Shown here: positions 57,464 to 64,000 of the stretch, piece by piece | Position numbering within the stretch: position 1 is the stretch's first letter | Layout of the letters: each line of letters opens with the position of its first letter | Assembly (NCBI GenBank): GCA_973895155.1 | Contig: OZ316898.1 | Span: forward strand, 13,484,330-13,548,329 | Reading direction: 5' to 3' | Length of the DNA stretch: 64,000 nt | Origin: Marsupella aquatica | Lineage: Eukaryota > Plantae > Marchantiophyta | Translations under genes and position numbers: made by a program | The notes under the pieces: generated by a model | Database searches by the model: none | The model's input: the letters and a program-made list of their open reading frames with translations, nothing else | Told to the model about the DNA's origin: nothing

Positions 57464-59816
57464 TTATTGTCCTATCAAGCTGTATTGAGAATCAACGCTG
57501 GTCTCAACATCCCACAAGAAGGTTCCGAATGCGACTGCCTCGAGTACCAATCTCCTCAACCCGGAGAAGCTGACCCTGATGGTGTCATCAGAAACCACTT
57601 TGAAGGTGCCATCGGGCTCGACCCGAATTTCAGGCTTACCAAAGAGAGCCTCAGCGTGTTTCTCAATCACATTAAGACTCTCCTTGGCCCTCATAGTAGC
57701 ACAAGTTTGCAGTGTCTCGGGTTCGAAAGACATGACGTACGATCTTAACTTGCTGGACTTCATGCCTGGACCAAATCCTTGAGACCCACTGGTGTTCATC
57801 TTCTCCCTCCCGGCTTCTGCAGCCTGAAGGTTGGCGATGGCTGCAGCGGCCTCGGCCGCAAGGTTGTCACCGGATTGGATCGGTTTATCATCATCGGCGA
57901 TTCGTAAGATTTCTGTTTCGGCGTCCAGCATTTGTCCAGACCCGAGCAACGCTTTCATATTCTTTTCAAGCTGGAAACGTTGATCCACTCTTCTCAAGAA
58001 ATAGCCATACATGATTGAAGCGGCGTAAACCTGTCCTACTCGGAGCTTACTAATGTGGGCAATGGTATGTTGGTCGAGGAAGCTGGAAGTGCCTCGTCCG
58101 CCGAGAACCACTGCAAGATGCTCTCTTACCATCTCCAGAGCCTCAGCAGAGTGCACGGCCTCGAGCTCTCTTTCTTGGGCGGGAGAAATATCAACCTGTC
58201 TAGTGTCAGTGTCCGAGAGAGCAGGAATTTTTGGCACGAGAGTCACTCCAGCGTCCACAAATTTCTGGACAATAAGAGCGTAGATGATTTCCTCCACTGC
58301 CTTCCTCCTCTCCTCTGCTTTGACTTCCTTTATCCTCCTGCAAATTTGCAAGTCATGTCAATACAGCAGTAGGATGCCAGCATTTCACATAGCCACGTAG
58401 GCAAATGAAGTGAAACCAGAATGATGGGGATTATAAGAGCTTAGAATTCCACACAATCGCGACACATGAACTGAAGCGAGACCCAAAGACTCCATAACCA
58501 TAAAGGAACACGGAATAAAGAATGCCCTAAACAGTTTCAACAGCCCTGTAATGAAAAGTAAACACTTGAGAATCCTGTGGTACAATCTAGAGGTACAATT
58601 CTGAAGTTAGTTTTGACATCGGCATGAGAAACGAGAAAATGCACCGGGGAAAACGTGGGACAACTATAAGACAATAAGGTTGATGGACCGCAGCAGTAGA
58701 GAGCGAATTTCTGATCTGGAACGGTAGAAAGAGGAGGACAAGAGCCTAACGGAGGTAAATACAAGATAAGTTCACGAAAAGAAAAGAAAAGCCAGAGGAA
58801 CACAAACAAGAACGGTTCAAGAACACTTCAAGCCGTCATTCCGGGGCAAGTAGTAAACGCACATGTGGGATCAACAAATCTTACTTGTAAAGAGTGAGAT
58901 CGGTGCCTGATCCACTGTCCTGCTCTGACTGATTAGCGGCGTCTCTATCAGCAGCCAATCGTTCCAGCTGTTGGTCAGCAGCGGCGGGGAACAAGTGAGG
59001 GTGGCTCCGAAGCACGGAGACGAGAAACTGTCCTGTCGGGGATTCTGGCACCAGAGGTGCGATCGATTTATCCTCATCGTTTCCACTGGCCTCGGCTCTC
59101 ACGTTGGCGTTGGACGCTCTCAAACTTTGCCTCCGTGAGGAAACATACGCCCACAGGGGGCTAGACGACCTCGACCCGATGAAAGACTTAGAAGAATTCC
59201 CGTTGGATAGCTGCATGAAGAGGAGGCACAAACTCTCAGAAAACGTGCAGCGAAGACTCATTCAGTGTAAACTTTCCCGATCCCTGCCGGTATGACAGAT
59301 TGCTCTACCACTTAGTTTGTCTCTGACACAACTGGATCAAAGGCTACATCGAGCACGCATATGGCTCGCCATTGTGACTAAAGCGCTTAGAACCTTAGGT
59401 CCCAAGAGTGCAATCGGTGCCCTCGTGACATACTTGATTCATCTCTAAACTTTTGCATGCAATCATGACAAAGACTACGCCCTTGAAACTATTCTCTTCC
59501 AAACACTATTATGATCACACGGTTAACTCGACATCAAGAGACGTCCACAAGAGATCGGACAGCGGCGCTCAAATTCTCCAGCGAAAGGAGGTGTCAAACC
59601 AAACAAGCTGCAGCAAGTGCGCTGCATGTTGACAATTAGTTCTCCATGTGGACGGCCGTATCTACTCACCCTCGCAGCTCGAGACTTCGACGACCTCGGA
59701 GACGCCATACAAAGAGTCGAAACGCTTCCATTCTCGACGAGCGAAGATCCATTACTCAGCGAAAAGCAGCCGAATTTCGCCGCCGCCCCAACACCTAATT
59801 CCATGGTCGCTGCCAT
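57464..59816 (-). CDS. DUF760 / UV-B-induced protein At3g17800-like, probably chloroplast-targeted, ~448 aa, 3 exons
   Basis: Ser-rich transit-peptide-like N-terminus; motifs IAPLVPESPTGQFL, ERRKAVEEIIYALIVQKF, GQVYAASIMYGYFLRRVDQRFQLEK and LVLEAVAFGTFLWDVE. Exons 59670-59816, 58885-59210 and 57464-58337. Confidence 0.93.
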
Positions 59817-61671
59817 CCTCTCTCAATCACCAGATCAGAGCACTCGTCCTTCCCCTCCTCAAGCGTTGCAAATCAAAACCAGATAATCAAAACCCGCCGA
59901 CTGAGGATGCCCTAACCACCACACGACCTGCTCCCGTTCGATGAACAAAAATTTTCCTTCCAATCACCCAAAATACCTGCACACCTGCCTACTCGTCCAA
60001 GAGAAAGGTCCGCCTATCAACCTATTCTCCCGTCAGTCCTTTACAGTATCGTTTCCTCGTCTCAGACAACGAATGCTACACGTCGACCCCTGAAAAAAAA
60101 AAAAAAACTCATACGACTGTAGACAGCGAATGCCACACGTCTACAACCACTCCTGCTCGGGATGCGATAACCTCGAGCCAATTCGGCCGCAACTTTAAAC
60201 CCTTCCGGATTCCAGGTCCAAGCTCTCTCGTGATGCCACACAGTTTCTCGGCAATCTCCCCTTCTCGAAATGGATCGAATCCGATTGCGGTTGCGACGAG
60301 AAAGTGGCGCGAGAGTTTCCTCCATTTGTAACGCGGCTCCCTTTTCCCCAACTGCGTGCTTTGTGGGCGTTGGACTGCTGGCCTCGGTGTGCTGATCCCT
60401 GCCACCGGATTGGAAGCCGCAGGATCGCCCCTTTGGCTAGGGGGTGATGGGCCTGTTTATTATTATACGCGGTTTTCTATGGGCGTCTCAAAGCTTCGAA
60501 GCTCCGGGAAAATGGCTTTTGGCATTAAGCAAACGGCCATTGTTAGGGAATTATCCGATTATGGCTTTTGCGCACGAATAAAATGGCCATAAATTTTTCC
60601 GTTCCCAACCTTATAAAGTAAATTAAAGTTCATCAGATTTTGAGGTTTGAGAACCCCTTCTGGTCGCAGGCAGGGCACCCCCCCCCCCCCCCCAACTCAC
60701 TATAATGTCAACCCTGTTCCCAAAACTATATTTGGCAACTATATTTGGCATTCCAGTCTCTTCTCTCTTAGGTGCATGCTCAAGAAGTGCATCACACCAC
60801 AAGGTCCATTAGCCACAATAGACGTGTCAAAATTCTCCTGTAAGCAAAATCTTATGGTTGTGGATGTTTGGATGTAAAATGGTTAAGGGATATATATTTT
60901 GGTCTCCCCATAATGATTTTGTCTTTGACTGTAAAAAAAATTTTATATTTTGATTTGTAATTGAGTTGCAGGATTGTTTTGACACTCCCTAATAGAACGT
61001 TCTCCTTAGATCTAAAAAATTATAATGATAATGAATGAATAAATACATGAGATTCTTATAAAACATATTCGTAGCATCTCTTCCATAACACGTGGGATCA
61101 CTCACCCATACTGCCTAATTTAAAAACTCCTCAAAACTTACCCTGCTTACACAAAAAAAAACCAATTCGAGGGCCACCTCCTCCCCTACGCACGGCACCA
61201 TTGCCAGCACTCACCAATTTAAAATCCTCCTAATAGGTGGCCCTATTAGTTATGATGTAGAAAATAATGTTGCATTTCCCACCGGCCCTGGCCGACTCTG
61301 CTGCCCCACTCTCCTGCCCATACGTCCGTTACTGCCACGGTGCCGCTCCCTCCGCCACTAGTCCTCCAGCGGCCCCTGATTGCGGGCGGATCTTTACTGT
61401 TCACCACTGTACTACCGTAGCTGTTCGACTGTGCTTGGAGGCAAAGTCATTTCAGCCCACAGTCCAAGACAATGCCACGCGCAGCCATCCCCTTGCCATT
61501 CCACTCTGCAAGCTACTGCGCTTTTTGTTTTTGGCTACTTTAAGCCAAATTCTTAGAAATTGAAGTCCCACTAGGGCCACTCGAACAAGCCTCAATTTTG
61601 GAGCTCTCCTGGGACTGAAATGTTACTGGCTTGGTCAAGGACCAGTAATTTTGGTTCCCGCACAACATGAG

Positions 61672-61797
61672 CATCAGAAACTTGTACCAAAAATTGCTTC
61701 TCGCAAGAATTCATTGTTGGCGCCCTGTAAGTGACCATCAGAAACTTGCACCAAAAATTGCTTCTCGCGAGAATTCATTGTTGGCGCCCTCTAAGTG
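61672..61797. repeat. ~64-bp tandem duplication x2
   Basis: catcagaaacttg.accaaaaattgcttctcgc.agaattcattgttggcgccct.taagtg occurs twice. Confidence 0.9.
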
Positions 61798-63519
61798 TCG
61801 TCCGCGAGAGGTTGTTGGCACCCAGTTCACCTGTGGGAGAATGTTGAAACCCATCAAAACAGAAACCCCTGGATTAAGTTTGCCTGAAAGTTGGGTTTTA
61901 ATTGGTCAGGGCACTGAATGATGCTCTATTGGACCCTAAACCCTGAACTTTTCAGGCACATCTCACGTGACACCTGGTGTTTGCCATTTTTCAGTCAACC
62001 ATGACTAGAAATTTCAGTTAGCCTCCCTGGCCAAGACTCTGTGGGAAATTCATCATGAATACTTCAGTCAGGTTTTCTTTTGGTTTGAGATGGGTCACAA
62101 CAACCTTGCCTGTGGGTCAACTGAACATCATCAAATTTGACCTTTATTCCAAAGGGCATCAATGATTTTTGAAGGGTGCTGAGCATTTGCACTGCTCATT
62201 GTTAGTGCAAACACTGGTGCACTAACCGCCCACTAACACCCAAGTTAGTGGAAGTAGTGCTTTTAGGGAACCGCAGACTTTTGACCAGCAACTGGTTCTA
62301 CAACCCTCTAATGAGTCAGGTGAAATCTCCATGGAACAGCTGGTTGGAGGGGCCCTAATTGATCTCCACATTTACAAGAAACTCTCAGATGCACTTTCAT
62401 TTGCCGCTAGGATGGACTGCAGTAAACCCTCTTGCCCACTCCTATAAAACATATTACACAGATGTGTGAAATGTGGCAAGAAAATGATAAAGTCAGCTTT
62501 GGAGATTTGGAGATTCCTAATTCTCAGTGAAATTTAACTATGTAAAGCTCATTGGAAAGATTTGTCCATGCTGGTCTAACAAACCCCCCAAAAGCTATTA
62601 TATGGGGTATAGAAGGGAAGGGAAGGGAAGGGAAGTGAAGTGAATGTCAAAGTTAGGTTTTAAAACACTTTCGAAAGCTCAAGTGTGTACAGGGAGTGCT
62701 GGAGTCATCTTTAGAAAATAGTAACTCTGTTAATTATTCATGATTACTGGACATATAACACTGAAGTCTACTCCTAAAGGCCTAGGTCTAGAGTGAAGCT
62801 TATAGACCGTAACTCCCAATGCAGACAACATTGATAATGAAGTTCAATAAGGTCAAAATTCTAAATGAGTATGGACCAAAGTGACATTAACTCTGTCACA
62901 CCATTCTAGGTAGTGTTAGAGTGTATCGTACTATCTAGATCCATATGTTTGATATATGTGCTATATGAGTCGATAAAGTTCCGTTAGGTTTGTATGAGAG
63001 AATAGTTCTCTCTTGTGTGGTGGCTATGGTGACAAAGAGCTCTCTCTATGTAGCATGGATTCCTTGAGTGCAAGGTGCATTGGCTCGACATATGTGTGTG
63101 ATCGGATCGGACGAGATTGAGTGCATTTTGGCGTCGATCGTGGTTCGATTCTATTGAGATTATTGTGGGTTTTGGACATGTGTGGACATGAGTTACACTT
63201 GTATTTCATTCTCTTGTGTTTGTGATGTGGCAGTGTGACTATTTCTGGATGTCTTTGACAAGCAATGTATGTTGTGTAGCGATGTGTATGCGCATGACAA
63301 CTCCAAAATATACAAAACTGAAATGAGAATGGACAAAAAACAAGGACAAAGACTAATCAAAATAGCATATAAATTTTATTGTGCAAGATTTTTCTTCATA
63401 TCTATTTATGTTCAAGCGTGCGTTCAAGGAATGGGTCTTGGGGCTAGTTAGTTAGTAATGTTCTTGACAAAGTAAGAAAGTGGGCAAAAAATGACTATTT
63501 TGTCCTCCTACAGATTTCT

Positions 63520-64000
63520 GTGATGCCTTATTGCAGGCCTTGTTGCAAGGTTCAACATTTCAGCCTTACCATGTCACACAAGGCAAGAGCATAGGAAAAC
63601 CTACCAAGGTTTGACCGCTTTCTGTACAGAGTGCTGATTGCTGACTCACAAATGATTCACATAACAGGATTGCAAAGCCCCATATATCATGTTGAGCCCT
63701 AGACTAGAGTGACCATCTATTTCCTTGAGTCACAATTTCAAGGGGGCAACAGTCCAGGTGATTTCTAGTATGATGGACAGTCAATGCAATATTTGACAAG
63801 ATGCTCAGATTGACTGCCAAACCCAGTTTGAAGCGCTGTTTTTTACTCGACTTTTTCTTGGTATGAGTATTGACAATTTTGTTGTCAAAAAGACCATGGT
63901 CTGTTGGAGTCCTGAATTCAAACATGGAAGTCCATCTTGGCATTAACTTTTGTGAATTGTATAATTCATTGAATGCCAATTGGATCCATTCTACAACAAA
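63520..64000 (-). pseudogene. Decayed protein kinase C-lobe, running off the window end
   Basis: The frame of ORF 63704-63979 reads RFKLGLAV (VII-like) and HLDCCPLEIV (VIII-like), then an internal TAG, then HDIWGFAILLCE in frame (IX). NVEP/ATRPA (XI-like) follows after further stops and a frameshift. Confidence 0.55.

Overview
Eukaryotic nuclear DNA from a land plant. Long intron-containing 5' leaders, GT-AG introns and the gene content suggest a bryophyte, probably a liverwort (inference). Eight protein-coding genes were reconstructed by hand: an STK11-interacting-protein-like LRR gene (+, 2.0-6.4 kb, apparently lacking its C-terminal domain), a 12-exon MTHFR (-), an intronless PGG-domain membrane protein with an unrecognised N-terminus (-), CcmA/ABCI1 (-), a BTB/POZ protein (+), a TPK two-pore K+ channel (+), a complete bacterial-type acetate kinase (+) and a DUF760/UV-B-induced chloroplast protein (-). 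There is also one tRNA-Gln(TTG). Two decayed genes are not recognisable in the ORF track: a six-exon GT106/O-fucosyltransferase (FRB1/RRT-like) pseudogene downstream of the tRNA, and a protein-kinase relic at the window end. Intergenic space is rich in short tandem duplications. One purine-rich repeat family sits in sense orientation upstream of three different genes. No CRISPR array, rRNA or intact transposon was found. All family assignments come from recalled motifs, not database searches.
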